A stretch of DNA of 64,000 bases, from positions 2,284,783-2,348,782 of the forward strand of contig CM082580.2 of NCBI GenBank assembly GCA_040954595.2. Direction: 5' to 3'. Of the stretch, positions 28,372-42,772 are shown piece after piece; the stretch's first letter is position 1; every line of letters begins with the position of its first letter. The translations under genes and the position numbers were made by a program. The notes under the pieces were generated by a model. That model worked only from the letters and a program-made list of their open reading frames with translations, searched no databases and was not told the origin of the DNA. This DNA comes from Balanoglossus misakiensis. Lineage: Eukaryota > Animalia > Hemichordata.

Positions 28372-31300
28372 ACGTGACTAAATTTAAAGGCAAAGTGATA
28401 AACAAAAGATTGGCAAGTTTGGATATTATTATATGGATAATATAATACATTATAATTATGCGGATATTCATCAAGACTATCAATTTGCATTTAAACTTGA
28501 AGATGGCATAATCCTGTGTTGATTCAGAGATGGTGAAACTACGTTCTCATTTCAATGAATATGTTCACTTATTATATGAATTTTGCATGTGCATAATGTT
28601 CACTGCAAACGGGATGTACGGTATTTGTAAACGTTTCTCCTGTAATTTGGGGCAGCCACATAGAAAACCCACAAAAGCTATTGAAGTAATCTAATCAGTG
28701 AATCTTTACCACTATTTGCGAGTTACATACGCATTATACAAGCGCACTTCGGGTCACAATATTCACAATGGGTTTGTCGGAAGAGTATAACAATTGGATA
28801 TAATATTGGTTTATTTGTTAAAGGTTTCGTGCGGGGACATTTTACATATAATTCATAGTAGTCTTTGTTATGAGCTTTAATTGTTTTGAATTTGCTCTGT
28901 GGTGTGACTTTTCTGTTTATAAACCTACCATAGGTACTGTTACTACCGTTCAAGAAGACACTCAACCGTTCAGGTTGTATCAAAATTATTATACATCTGC
29001 ATGTGCACGTGGCCAGACTCTTTCTTCTCTTGGAACAATATATTGTTACGATCTGTATAAAGGTCAAATACGATTTCAAGGGTTAATTAAGCCAGAGCTC
29101 GGGAATGTCAATGTTTGATAGTATTTGATTTTATGTATTTGAAGTAGATAGGGAGAGCGGGTGTTTAACTGACTGCTCTGATTCCCAATCATCACCGAAC
29201 TGACTTTGTTATATAACACTTTATGTAAATTGGTACGTATAGAGTTGACTGATGTCCAATGAAATTGTAACACATTGTATTTGTGATATTTTACATTATT
29301 AACCACGCCTTGAGAAAAGTAATTATAAGAGAACTTTGTTTCCAAAGTTAGGAAGAAATAATCTAACGGGAGATGGGAGTACCTCAGGCTACTGAGTTCG
29401 TTCCCTTCCTCATGTACTTTACTGGGCGTATTTGATGTACTATATAATTCCGGACAATAAATGAACGTGAATCAGATACGTGTCTCCGTGGATCACTGTT
29501 CTCGTCAGAGCCCGATACCTCATCGCTACAGATTCCCCAATGCATGAACATCATGAGAAACCAACCGTAATAATATGTGCTATTGCACTGCGTCCGGCAT
29601 AATAATAGTGACTCACAACACACAAGACAACAAATAAGCCCTTGTTCAGTTTGAGTGAAATGTTGCCTCTTCCAGGAAGAAATGCTTCCAGGTGCACATA
29701 TTTGGTTCGGCCATATTTGTCTGTAATCTGCACTAGGCTTGACCTTGGTTGGGGTTTCATTTCAACCTCGTACACGGCTTCGCCTGAGTTTTTTACATTT
29801 TTTCAACGAACCAGAAATTCCCTGAAGCACCTTGCTGACGTACAATGTCTACCACTAGAATAACTTTAACTTTACATGTTTCTAGACAAAATGAAAGAAA
29901 ACTGTTTCTTACATTAGAAGACAATTGCAGTTGGCATCCAGGAGACAACGCATCCTCAATTTCCGTTCATTCGCTTTCCATAACCGATGGTTTAAGTGCA
30001 GTATCCTCAATGAGGCTACAAAATTCTTGAAAAACACAGTTCATATCGTCATACCTTCACTTTCACTTGGCTGTCGGAAATTGCTCCGTGTAATGAACAG
30101 GTCGCTGCTGTCACCACGTTCGGCCATGTTATTCGTAGGTCAACGACTGAGGCTCAAATGACGGAAGCAGCACTTCACTGACCATCTGGCAAATGAACTG
30201 GCTGGCAACTAACGAATCAATATCGGTCATTCATCAGGTGCATTTTGTGTAGCTTGTGATTGGTTGATATGATTGAGAAGTTGATTAGCATACTCACATT
30301 AACAGATGCTGTCTTAATGCTGTGTTGTGAGCTGGACAATTTATCCGTGTCGTGCAACCGTTCAGATTGAACTGTATGGGACTAGATTTGGTCATGTACT
30401 TCACATTAAATGTTATTCTACATATATTAAAGGTGTCGGCATGCATGCACTTAACTACAAAACATCTTGATATTGAGTTCACCTTATATTTTGACATGTA
30501 CTTTCTATTGACTTAATGTCCAATGGTATGCACTTTAAAGATTGAATTTATCGATTTCTGAATATCTAATTGTTGCACATGAGGGTATAAATAAATGTTC
30601 CATTGAAAATAACTACTACTACGACCAGTACTAAATTATGTATGGTACAGTTTTCCTAAAGGTTTGTATTTTTCTGTTGAGATAATACATATTGAAAACT
30701 GTACACTTTGATTGGAATATTTGTTTGAAAGCTGGCTTCGCGTATGTCACAAGCTATAACGAAATCTCCGGTATCTCAGCAACTGCCGTGTTTTATGTCG
30801 GCTGCCTTGTGTTCATTTTACTTACGCCGGGCTGATCAAAGATTCATTATGCGTATTTCACTGTAACACATATGACTGTAATCCACGCCAGAACTCTGCT
30901 CCAATTGGTGGGCGTACAAAGATGGGAGCTCACGACCCCACACCCCACCCCCACCCCGATTGGACTGGCGTTTACAAAAAGAATGTGTTTTAAGGGTATT
31001 TAGAGCATGCTAAGTTTGGTATTAGAAGATTGAAATGACATTAGAATCGTTAAGAGCAGGATAATACTTTGGTATGGTGAGGCTCGCAAATAGGTTCTTC
31101 CTATATACGATTGCTGAAAATTGCAAACATAAAAAAAATTGTGTGAAAGCACCTGAAAAATATTTACAGAAATAAACCCAATGCATTTGCCAAATTGGTG
31201 CTAAAATTTCTGGCAGGGATATTCAAATATCAAATTCAATTCGACTAAACTATCATAATTATTCATAGACTGCTCTTTGATAAGAAACTTCACATTCCAC

Positions 31301-31719
31301 CAAATTGGTCATTCCAGAACATCAGTGATGAAGAAAAGGCACTTTGTGTTATCTTAACAATCAAATGTACCATGTACCTATTTCCAATTAGACAACACAT
31401 TATTTTTAGATAAAAATATATTTTTGTTTCGTTAAACTAAATGTTCAATCTTTGCATTAATGAACACAGAGTTCATTCGTCATTACAACATGTTTCATGG
31501 TGATTTTCATATACTATTTTTGAGACAAACTTTTGAAAAATATAACCTACAAGTCTTATGAAATGTAATGTATAGCATTCTAGTGTAGTACCATTATAAA
31601 AATAACTAGTTTTAATTATTCTTAAATATGCATATTGATGGTAAAAGCTTTGAACGTTGGTAACTGTTAACTACAAAAAGGACTTTTTCGAGAAATGTTT
31701 ACCAGTATTCAACATGATC

Positions 31720-33155
31720 ATTCACATGGAATTTCATGAGACTGTGTCATCTGGATTTGGTTCAAATCAGAGATTTGCATATTTCTCTTCTGTCTGGGGA
31801 TGCAAGAAGCAGCCACCATTAGTAATGGGACTGGCATATCATGTGATGAGCTTGTGGACATCATTGTGGTGATGTGAAGCTCCACTTCCTCGTTTGAGTC
31901 TTGCTTTGGCTGGTGTTTTGCTGATGGGAAAAAAAAATTCGAGGTAAAATTAATTCTCAGGTAGAGGCAGCAGATTGCCCACTCTAAGTGCGCGTGACAA
32001 GCAGCGTCATAATTCTGGGACGCACGCCTGTAAGATCCATCACGCCCGAACAGCCCTTCGAGCTCAGCGCCCCTGTAGCTGTAGACCAGCTATTGCAAAT
32101 CACACCATTTTGCAGCTAAAACGCAGAAATCACGCAGAAAAATCCAATCCTAAATTTGACAGTCACCATGCTTGTAGCTGCTTCTGGGCAGGACATGATG
32201 TGCCCTATATATGCAATTTTGCTAATTTTAAGAGACAAGAACTGTACGACTCTTCCACCACCAGTTTTCCTATAGATTTTTACATGCAAAAAAACACATG
32301 CGAAAATATTTCTCACAAAAAGCTAAATTTGTACATAAACTAGGCCCTGTTGACAGGCTTGTGAGTGCGACAACACTGTGGTTGATATATAGAGCAAAAC
32401 GATCCTTTAAAAACAGCCCCAAATTACAGCTTTTATGTAGGCATAGCTAAGCTTGTTTAACATCAGATGTTGCTACAAAAACAGAGAGTAATCAGGGGTT
32501 TTAGGAGTACTTTCCATGTAACAGCTTTAGTTTGACCCTAATGATGAGGTGCAAAGGTGGAAAAACGGTGGTAGAAGGACTTTTTTGCAGCAGCTTTCTT
32601 TTCATCTTAGTTTAAAGGAATAAGCTTTGCAAAGTAAAATAATCCATCATACTTTGTGAGTGGCTTAGTGCTCTCTTTCTATGTCTCTTCATTTCCAACT
32701 ACAAGAGAATAATTAAAACAGATCATCACAACAACGGAGTGGAGAACAAATCATAACAATGGCTCTCACTGGAGGACAAATGTTTCCAATCCTGACAACA
32801 AATTGTATACATGTCAATAGACGTGAACCAGGTATCACAACTCAAACCCAGTCTGTCTTTCTTGAAACCATAACAATTTTCCCGACCAATTCTTTCTCAT
32901 AGAGAATGTTATATTTTGGTAGATACTATCCCATTCTATCATCAAACACGGGCAGTTAAAAGTTAGGTTACAGAACATCTTTAAATTTAAACCATGAAAT
33001 TCCTACCTGCCATCGCTTTGGTTGCTTCTTTGACTTCTTGGGCCAAAGCAGCTCTGACGGTCAACAACTCTTCTCGTCTATGTTTGTCCTCCCCAATCTT
33101 CCCTTTGACAGCCACTACTTCTTCCTCCTTGTCCATCTTGTACCAATCAGACATA
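31720..33155 (-). CDS. Possible exons of an unidentified gene
   Basis: Segment 33155-33007 has clean AG/GT ends (MSDWYKMDKEEEVVAVKGKIGEDKHRREELL...). A possible next exon starts at 31920. No recognisable domain. Confidence 0.3.
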
Positions 33156-34344
33156 CTGTAAAATAAGCATGCAAATTAATACAACGTAGAGTAAAATAAG
33201 TATGCAAATTACTTTCTCAGTGATCATGAAGTTGTCAGTCCAATGACAAGGTATATGTTAGTTGGTGACATAATCATCGGTTTTCAAAAGTATCACTATT
33301 ATCATGAGTTAATACACAGAGTAAGTGAAAATACCTTCCAAATTATATGTTTCAAATTAACAAAACTTCATGTCCATAGATCAAGTTAGGCCATTTATGG
33401 AATGTACCATCTACTGTCAGCATATCATTAATGCACAACTTTCTACAGGGTACACCTAGACTAGCCACTAGTCGCTTTGGGATAATTAAATCTCAATTTT
33501 TTTGTGTTTTGGGTGGTTTTTTGTCTTAAAAATAATTGCAATACTTTTTGCGTGTATGCTTGCCTTGAGCGTGTTTTTGGTAATGAGGCGAGTTTCGAAT
33601 TTGGGATTGAGCTTGTGGTTTCGGGTAGCGTCGGGCCTACACATAATGAAGCCCATAGACTTGGAGCAAGTCTGGGGTACACCTTATCCATTGTGTTACG
33701 ACTAGTCAGATCATTGTCATTTGAGGTGAATGACTTTTTCACTGATGCATGCAAAAAAAGACTCTTTTGGTTAGCAGTTATCGATCTGATACCTGACTAT
33801 GTGTGTAACAGTCAAGTAACAATTTCTACGAAGTTCAGCTGGTACCGGTACAGGGACAAATGTAACAAGGAAGATGTCCATGTGTGAACCAGCTGAATTA
33901 TCCATTTTTCCATAAAGTGTGTCTCAAATCATATGTTGACTGGCCCTATTTGGACAACAGCCTGACACCTATCTCTCATCAGGCCTGTGAGTCATGAACC
34001 CCACAAATGTCTACATTACTTCTTAAGACCATTGGATCATCCATTCCCCATGTACGTGAATCGCTCTGCCGACAGGTCGGTGTGTTCCGGGATGTGTTCC
34101 CGTCGTAATATGGTCCTCGGCGTCACACAGTCCTGTACGCAGGGCTAGTTCGTGCCCTGCTGGCTTGCTGCGACTCGTAACCTTACCATTCCTTCGACTG
34201 TACGTCAACAACATACATTGAACTTCCGATGGAGTGGTAGGACTAGTAATTGATAACAGACCCGCGGCAAGCCATGGGGTACTGATGTGGCACGGGAGCC
34301 AACTGCATTTGAATGATGTACCTGCCATATAATAATATATATAT

Positions 34345-37300
34345 CTGTAATGGAAATGGAGAAAGTACCTTATATTTTCTGTAAAATAGACATTTAATTG
34401 GCAAGCCGTCCTGCATCAATTATTAATTCAGTACATGCACTGAAGCGCCCTCACAGCTGGGTGTGTTGTGTGGTCAAATCAGAGTACTTTCTGCAATTTC
34501 AAGACAGATCTTACGTGCCATTGGAGAGCTCCACTGCCTGGTCATTCATACTGTTTTCATTCATTCATTGCGGCATCAATATATTTTATCTATTCTAGCC
34601 GAGGAGCTTGGCACCTGTTGAAATGAACTCATCTGCTGTGGGCCAGTTTATTGGTGGCAGTTGAGCAGAGGAGAGCACCTTCTTTCCCGGCACGCCACCA
34701 AGTAAAGTTCCACGCCGCCCACCACAGATGCCAGCATTCATTCATGCGAGTGAGTGTAATTGCAAATTTGCCTATTCTAGATCTGTAATGGAAATGGAGA
34801 AAGTACCTTATATTTTCTGTAAAATAGACATTTAATTGGCAAGCCGTCCTGCATCAATTATTAATTCAGTACATGCACTGAAGCGCCCTCACAGCTGGGT
34901 GTGTTGTGTGGTCAAATCAGAGTACTTTCTGCAATTTCAAGACAGATCTTACGTGCCATTGGAGAGCTCCACTGCCTGGTCATTCATACTGTTTTCATTC
35001 ATTCATTGCGGCATCAATATATTTTATCTATTCTAGCCGAGGAGCTTGGCACCTGTTGAAATGAACTCATCTGCTGTGGGCCAGTTTATTGGTGGCAGTT
35101 GAGCAGAGGAGAGCACCTTCTTTCCCGGCACGCCACCAAGTAAAGTTCCACGCCGCCCACCACAGATGCCAGCATTCATTCATGCGAGTGAGTGTAATTG
35201 CAAATTTGCCTATTCTAGAATTCTTACGTGCCATTGGAGAGCTCCACTGCCTGGTCATTCATACTGTTTTCATTCATTCATTGCGGCATCAATATATTTT
35301 ATCTATTCTAGCCGAGGAGCTTGGCACCTGTTGAAATGAACTCATCTGCTGTGGGCCAGTTTATTGGTGGCAGTTGAGCAGAGGAGAGCACCTTCTTTCC
35401 CGGCACGCCACCAAGTAAAGTTCCACGCCGCCCACCACAGATGCCAGCATTCATTCATGCGAGTGAGTGTAATTGCAAATTTGCCTATTCTAGATCTGTA
35501 ATGGAAATGGAGAACGTACCTTATATTTTCTGTAAAATAGACATTTAATTGGCAAGCCGTCCTGCATCAATTATTAATTCAGTACATGCACTGAAGCGCC
35601 CTCACAGCTGGGTGTGTTGTGTGGTCAAATCAGAGTACTTTCTGCAATTTCAAGACAGATCTTACGTGCCATTGGAGAGCTCCACTGCCTGGTCATTCAT
35701 ACTGTTTTCATTCATTCATTGCGGCATCAATATATTTTATCTATTCTAGCCGAGGAGCTTGGCACCTGTTGAAATGAACTCATCTGCTGTGGGCCAGTTT
35801 ATTGGTGGCAGTTGAGCAGAGGAGAGCACCTTCTTTCCCGGCACGCCACCAAGTAAAGTTCCACGCCGCCCACCACAGATGCCAGCATTTATTCATGCGA
35901 GTGAGTGTAATTGCAAATTTGCCTATTCTAGAATTCTTACGTGCCATTGGAGAGCTCCACTGCCTGGTCATTCATACTGTTTTCATTCATTCATTGCGGC
36001 ATCAATATATTTTATCTATTCTAGCCGAGGAGCTTGGCACCTGTTGAAATGAACTCATCTGCTGTGGGCCAGTTTATTGGTGGTAGTTGAGCAGAGGAGA
36101 GCACCTTCTTTCCCGGCACGCCACCAAGTAAAGTTCCACGCCGCCCACCACAGATGCCAGCATTTATTCATGCGAGTGAGTGTAATTGCAAATTTGCCTA
36201 TTCTAGAATTCTTACGTGCCATTGGAGAGCTCCACTGCCTGGTCATTCATACTGTTTTCATTCATTCATTGCGGCATCAATATATTTTATCTATTCTAGC
36301 CGAGGAGCTTGGCACCTGTTGAAATGAACTCATCTGCTGTGGGCCAGTTTATTGGTGGCAGTTGAGCAGAGGAGAGCACCTTCTTTCCCGGCACGCCACC
36401 AAGTAAAGTTCCACGCCGCCCACCACAGATGCCAGCATTCATTCATGCGAGTGAGTGTAATTGCAAATTTGCCTATTCTAGATCTGTAATGGAAATGGAG
36501 AAAGTACCTTATATTTTCTGTAAAATAGACATTTAATTGGCAAGCCGTCCTGCATCAATTATTAATTCAGTACATGCACTGAAGCGCCCTCACAGCTGGG
36601 TGTGTTGTGTGGTCAAATCAGAGTACTTTCTGCAATTTCAAGACAGATCTTACGTGCCATTGGAGAGCTCCACTGCCTGGTCATTCATACTGTTTTCATT
36701 CATTCATTGCGGCATCAATATATTTTATCTATTCTAGCCGAGGAGCTTGGCACCTGTTGAAATGAACTCATCTGCTGTGGGCCAGTTTATTGGTGGCAGT
36801 TGAGCAGAGGAGAGCACCTTCTTTCCCGGCACGCCACCAAGTAAAGTTCCACGCCGCCCACCACAGATGCCAGCATTTATTCATGCGAGTGAGTGTAATT
36901 GCAAATTTGCCTATTCTAGAATTCTTACGTGCCATTGGAGAGCTCCACTGCCTGGTCATTCATACTGTTTTCATTCATTCATTGCGGCATCAATATATTT
37001 TATCTATTCTAGCCGAGGAGCTTGGCACCTGTTGAAATGAACTCATCTGCTGTGGGCCAGTTTATTGGTGGTAGTTGAGCAGAGGAGAGCACCTTCTTTC
37101 CCGGCACGCCACCAAGTAAAGTTCCACGCCGCCCACCACAGATGCCAGCATTTATTCATGCGAGTGAGTGTAATTGCAAATTTGCCTATTCTAGATCTGT
37201 AATGGAAATGGAGAACGTACCTTATATTTTCTGTAAAATAGACATTTAATTGGCAAGCCGTCCTGCATCAATTATTAATTCAGTACATGCACTGAAGCGC

Positions 37301-40300
37301 CCTCACAGCTGGGTGTGTTGTGTGGTCAAATCAGAGTACTTTCTGCAATTTCAAGACAGATCTTACGTGCCATTGGAGAGCTCCACTGCCTGGTCATTCA
37401 TACTGTTTTCATTCATTCATTGCGGCATCAATATATTTTATCTATTCTAGCCGAGGAGCTTGGCACCTGTTGAAATGAACTCATCTGCTGTGGGCCAGTT
37501 TATTGGTGGCAGTTGAGCAGAGGAGAGCACCTTCTTTCCCGGCACGCCACCAAGTAAAGTTCCACGCCGCCCACCACAGATGCCAGCATTTATTCATGCG
37601 AGTGAGTGTAATTGCAAATTTGCCTATTCTAGAATTCTTACGTGCCATTGGAGAGCTCCACTGCCTGGTCATTCATACTGTTTTCATTCATTCATTGCGG
37701 CATCAATATATTTTATCTATTCTAGCCGAGGAGCTTGGCACCTGTTGAAATGAACTCATCTGCTGTGGGCCAGTTTATTGGTGGTAGTTGAGCAGAGGAG
37801 AGCACCTTCTTTCCCGGCACGCCACCAAGTAAAGTTCCACGCCGCCCACCACAGATGCCAGCATTTATTCATGCGAGTGAGTGTAATTGCAAATTTGCCT
37901 ATTCTAGAATTCTTACGTGCCATTGGAGAGCTCCACTGCCTGGTCATTCATACTGTTTTCATTCATTCATTGCGGCATCAATATATTTTATCTATTCTAG
38001 CCGAGGAGCTTGGCACCTGTTGAAATGAACTCATCTGCTGTGGGCCAGTTTATTGGTGGCAGTTGAGCAGAGGAGAGCACCTTCTTTCCCGGCACGCCAC
38101 CAAGTAAAGTTCCACGCCGCCCACCACAGATGCCAGCATTCATTCATGCGAGTGAGTGTAATTGCAAATTTGCCTATTCTAGATCTGTAATGGAAATGGA
38201 GAAAGTACCTTATATTTTCTGTAAAATAGACATTTAATTGGCAAGCCGTCCTGCATCAATTATTAATTCAGTACATGCACTGAAGCGCCCTCACAGCTGG
38301 GTGTGTTGTGTGGTCAAATCAGAGTACTTTCTGCAATTTCAAGACAGATCTTACGTGCCATTGGAGAGCTCCACTGCCTGGTCATTCATACTGTTTTCAT
38401 TCATTCATTGCGGCATCAATATATTTTATCTATTCTAGCCGAGGAGCTTGGCACCTGTTGAAATGAACTCATCTGCTGTGGGCCAGTTTATTGGTGGCAG
38501 TTGAGCAGAGGAGAGCACCTTCTTTCCCGGCACGCCACCAAGTAAAGTTCCACGCCGCCCACCACAGATGCCAGCATTTATTCATGCGAGTGAGTGTAAT
38601 TGCAAATTTGCCTATTCTAGAATTCTTACGTGCCATTGGAGAGCTCCACTGCCTGGTCATTCATACTGTTTTCATTCATTCATTGCGGCATCAATATATT
38701 TTATCTATTCTAGCCGAGGAGCTTGGCACCTGTTGAAATGAACTCATCTGCTGTGGGCCAGTTTATTGGTGGTAGTTGAGCAGAGGAGAGCACCTTCTTT
38801 CCCGGCACGCCACCAAGTAAAGTTCCACGCCGCCCACCACAGATGCCAGCATTTATTCATGCGAGTGAGTGTAATTGCAAATTTGCCTATTCTAGAATTC
38901 TTACGTGCCATTGGAGAGCTCCACTGCCTGGTCATTCATACTGTTTTCATTCATTCATTGCGGCATCAATATATTTTATCTATTCTAGCCGAGGAGCTTG
39001 GCACCTGTTGAAATGAACTCATCTGCTGTGGGCCAGTTTATTGGTGGCAGTTGAGCAGAGGAGAGCACCTTCTTTCCCGGCACGCCACCAAGTAAAGTTC
39101 CATGCCGCCCACCACAGATGCCAGCATTCATTCATGCGAGTGAGTGTAATTGCAAATTTGCCTATTCTAGATCTGTAATGGAAATGGAGAAAGTACCTTA
39201 TATTTTCTGTAAAATAGACATTTAATTGGCAAGCCGTCCTGCATCAATTATTAATTCAGTACATGCACTGAAGCGCCCTCACAGCTGGGTGTGTTGTGTG
39301 GTCAAATCAGAGTACTTTCTGCAATTTCAAGACAGATCTTACGTGCCATTGGAGAGCTCCACTGCCTGGTCATTCATACTGTTTTCATTCATTCATTGCG
39401 GCATCAATATATTTTATCTATTCTAGCCGAGGAGCTTGGCACCTGTTGAAATGAACTCATCTGCTGTGGGCCAGTTTATTGGTGGCAGTTGAGCAGAGGA
39501 GAGCACCTTCTTTCCCGGCACGCCACCAAGTAAAGTTCCACGCCGCCCACCACAGATGCCAGCATTCATTCATGCGAGTGAGTGTAATTGCAAATTTGCC
39601 TATTCTAGAATTCTTACGTGCCATTGGAGAGCTCCACTGCCTGGTCATTCATACTGTTTTCATTCATTCATTGCGGCATCAATATATTTTATCTATTCTA
39701 GCCGAGGAGCTTGGCACCTGTTGAAATGAACTCATCTGCTGTGGGCCAGTTTATTGGTGGCAGTTGAGCAGAGGAGAGCACCTTCTTTCCCGGCACGCCA
39801 CCAAGTAAAGTTCCACGCCGCCCACCACAGATGCCAGCATTCATTCATGCGAGTGAGTGTAATTGCAAATTTGCCTATTCTAGATCTGTAATGGAAATGG
39901 AGAAAGTACCTTATATTTTCTGTAAAATAGACATTTAATTGGCAAGCCGTCCTGCATCAATTATTAATTCAGTACATGCACTGAAGCGCCCTCACAGCTG
40001 GGTGTGTTGTGTGGTCAAATCAGAGTACTTTCTGCAATTTCAAGACAGATCTTACGTGCCATTGGAGAGCTCCACTGCCTGGTCATTCATACTGTTTTCA
40101 TTCATTCATTGCGGCATCAATATATTTTATCTATTCTAGCCGAGGAGCTTGGCACCTGTTGAAATGAACTCATCTGCTGTGGGCCAGTTTATTGGTGGCA
40201 GTTGAGCAGAGGAGAGCACCTTCTTTCCCGGCACGCCACCAAGTAAAGTTCAACGCCGCCCACCACAGATGCCAGCATTTATTCATGCGAGTGAGTGTAA

Positions 40301-42772
40301 TTGCAAATTTGCCTATTCTAGAATTCTTACGTGCCATTGGAGAGCTCCACTGCCTGGTCATTCATACTGTTTTCATTCATTCATTGCGGCATCAATATAT
40401 TTTATCTATTCTAGCCGAGGAGCTTGGCACCTGTTGAAATGAACTCATCTGCTGTGGGCCAGTTTATTGGTGGTAGTTGAGCAGAGGAGAGCACCTTCTT
40501 TCCCGGCACGCCACCAAGTAAAGTTCCACGCCGCCCACCACAGATGCCAGCATTTATTCATGCGAGTGAGTGTAATTGCAAATTTGCCTATTCTAGAATT
40601 CTTACGTGCCATTGGAGAGCTCCACTGCCTGGTCATTCATACTGTTTTCATTCATTCATTGCGGCATCAATATATTTTATCTATTCTAGCCGAGGAGCTT
40701 GGCACCTGTTGAAATGAACTCATCTGCTGTGGGCCAGTTTATTGGTGGCAGTTGAGCAGAGGAGAGCACCTTCTTTCCCGGCACGCCACCAAGTAAAGTT
40801 CCACGCCGCCCACCACAGATGCCAGCATTCATTCATGCGAGTGAGTGTAATTGCAAATTTGCCTATTCTAGAATACTTACGTGCCATTGGAGAGCTCCAC
40901 TGCCTGGTCATTCATACTGTTTTCATTCATTCATTGCGGCATCAATATATTTTATCTATTCTAGCCGAGGAGCTTGGCACCTGTTGAAATGAACTCATCT
41001 GCTGTGGGCCAGTTTATTGGTGGCAGTTGAGCAGAGGAGAGCACCTTCTTTCCCGGCACGCCACCAAGTAAAGTTCCACGCCGCCCACCACAGATGCCAG
41101 CATTCATTCATGCGAGTGAGTGTAATTGCAAATTTGCCTATTCTAGAATTCTTACGTGCCATTGGAGAGCTCCACTGCCTGGTCATTCATACTGTTTTCA
41201 TTCATTCATTGCGGCATCAATATATTTTATCTATTCTAGCCGAGGAGCTTGGCACCTGTTGAAATGAACTCATCTGCTGTGGGCCAGTTTATTGGTGGCA
41301 GTTGAGCAGAGGAGAGCACCTTCTTTCCCGGCACGCCACCAAGTAAAGTTCCACGCCGCCCACCACAGATGCCAGCATTCATTCATGCGAGTGAGTGTAA
41401 TTGCAAATTTGCCTATTCTAGATCTGTAATGGAAATGGAGAAAGTACCTTATATTTTCTGTAAAATAGACATTTAATTGGCAAGCCGTCCTGCATCAATT
41501 ATTAATTCAGTACATGCACTGAAGCGCCCTCACAGCTGGGTGTGTTGTGTGGTCAAATCAGAGTACTTTCTGCAATTTCAAGACAGATCTTACGTGCCAT
41601 TGGAGAGCTCCACTGCCTGGTCATTCATACTGTTTTCATTCATTCATTGCGGCATCAATATATTTTATCTATTCTAGCCGAGGAGCTTGGCACCTGTTGA
41701 AATGAACTCATCTGCTGTGGGCCAGTTTATTGGTGGCAGTTGAGCAGAGGAGAGCACCTTCTTTCCCGGCGCGCCACCAAGTAAAGTTCCACGCCGCCCA
41801 CCACAGATGCCAGCATTCATTCATGCGAGTGAGTGTAATTGCAAATTTGCCTATTCTAGATCTGTAATGGAAATGGAGAAAGTACCTTATATTTTCTGTA
41901 AAATAGACATTTAATTGGCAAGCCGTCCTGCATCAATTATTAATTCAGTACATGCACTGAAGCGCCCTCACGGCTGGGTGTGTTGTGTGGTCAAATCAGA
42001 GTACTTTCTGCAATTTCAAGACAGATCTTACGTGCCATTGGAGAGCTCCACTGCCTGGTCATTCATACTGTTTTCATTCATTCATTGCGGCATCAATATA
42101 TTTTATCTATTCTAGCCGAGGAGCTTGGCACCTGTTGAAATGAACTCATCTGCTGTGGGCCAGTTTATTGGTGGCAGTTGAGCAGAGGAGAGCACCTTCT
42201 TTCCCGGCACGCCACCAAGTAAAGTTCCACGCCGCCCACCACAGATGCCAGCATTTATTCATGCCAGTGAGTGTAATTGCAAATTTGCCTATTCTAGAAT
42301 TCTTACGTGCCATTGGAGAGCTCCATTGCCTGGTCATTCATACTGTTTTCATTCATTCATTGCGGCATCAATATATTTTATCTATTCTAGCCGAGGAGCT
42401 TGGCACCTGTTGAAATGAACTCATCTGCTGTGGGCCAGTTTATTGGTGGCAGTTGAGCAGAGGAGAGCACCTTCTTTCCCGGCACGACACCAAGTAAAGT
42501 TCCACGCCGCCCACCACAGATGCCAGCATTCATTCATGCGAGTGAGTGTAATTGCAAATTTGCCTATTCTTACGTGCCATTGGAGAGCTCCATTGCCTGG
42601 TCATTCATACTGTTTTCATTCATTCATTGCGGCATCAATATATTTTATCTATTCTAGCCGAAGAGCTTGGCACCTGTTGAAATGAACTCATCTGCTGTGG
42701 GCCAGTTTATTGGTGGCAGTTGAGCAGAGGAGAGCACCTTCTTTTCCGGCACGCCACCAAGTAAAGTTCCAC
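34345..42772 (+). repeat. Left terminal array: 10 x 163-bp A module interspersed with ~25 x 275-bp B unit
   Basis: A-to-A spacings are 438, 713, 988, 713, 988, 988, 713, 1538 and 438, i.e. 163+275n with n=1,2,3,2,3,3,2,5,1. Units are nearly identical. Confidence 0.95.

Noticed and set aside
33461-34328. ORFs of 97-127 aa left of the element
   Set aside because: No recognisable motifs or consistent splice structure.
34345-42772. CRISPR-like array
   Set aside because: Units are 163 and 275 bp and near-identical, with no unique spacers. The context is eukaryotic and there are no cas genes.
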